Virus record (IMG/VR): IMGVR_UViG_3300042562_002450
Coordinates: 134,627-198,626 of that record
DNA: 64,000 nt
DNA from: a virus
Direction: 5' to 3' (one strand)
The number at the start of each line of letters is the position of its first letter. The stretch's first letter is position 1. Position numbers and translations under genes: made by a program. Below, one piece after another: positions 63,840 to 64,000 of this stretch. The notes below the pieces were generated by a model. The model saw only the letters and a program-made list of their open reading frames with translations, was not told the origin of the DNA and made no database searches.

Positions 63840-64000
63840 AAAAGGAATTTATATGTTTGAACAACTTTATAAGTTAAAAGCTTTAAGTGATTGTTTTTAC
63901 TTATTAAATAAAAGTGAAATTGGTGATTTGATTTATCTTAGAGAAAAGATTCAGCAAAATGTTTCTCTTTTAAATGATGATCTTAGTTTTTTAAATTTTA

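Noticed and set aside
1-64000. Alternative genetic code (stop-codon reassignment)
   Set aside because: Large genes are intact in code 11, and TAG and TGA end ORFs right before hairpins or RBSs.
1-64000. tRNA or rRNA genes
   Set aside because: No cloverleaf with T-loop GTTCGA and D-loop signatures was recognised; tRNAscan-SE would be needed to exclude atypical ones.

Overview
The window is a 64 kb piece of a large, AT-rich contractile-tailed (myovirus-type) phage genome with two divergent arms. The left arm (1-40.6 kb, minus strand) is the morphogenesis and packaging cluster: GH108 virion lysin, putative virion RNA polymerase, tape-measure-like protein, chaperones, three tube-fold genes, sheath, neck, fibres, major capsid, decoration, protease/scaffold, portal, TerL, HNH and a probable TerS. 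The right arm (41.2-64 kb, plus strand) is a run of small early-type ORFs, an origin-like repeat island near 53.1-53.5 kb, membrane/lipoprotein genes and a 1478-aa second RNA polymerase. Main observations: (1) consecutive intergenic slots of the early operon hold self-cleaving ribozymes, one twister-P1 and three type II hammerheads, each just after a stop codon, while most neighbouring slots hold stem-loops sharing a C-AATWWH-G loop; (2) there are two paralogous single-chain two-barrel RNA polymerases, one coupled to the tape-measure gene; (3) many early proteins end in -AA or -xA, like ssrA-type degrons. All calls come from reading motifs by eye; no searches or folding programs were run. No tRNA, rRNA or CRISPR array was seen. 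The host cannot be named; a Gram-negative, Shine-Dalgarno-using bacterium is inferred.
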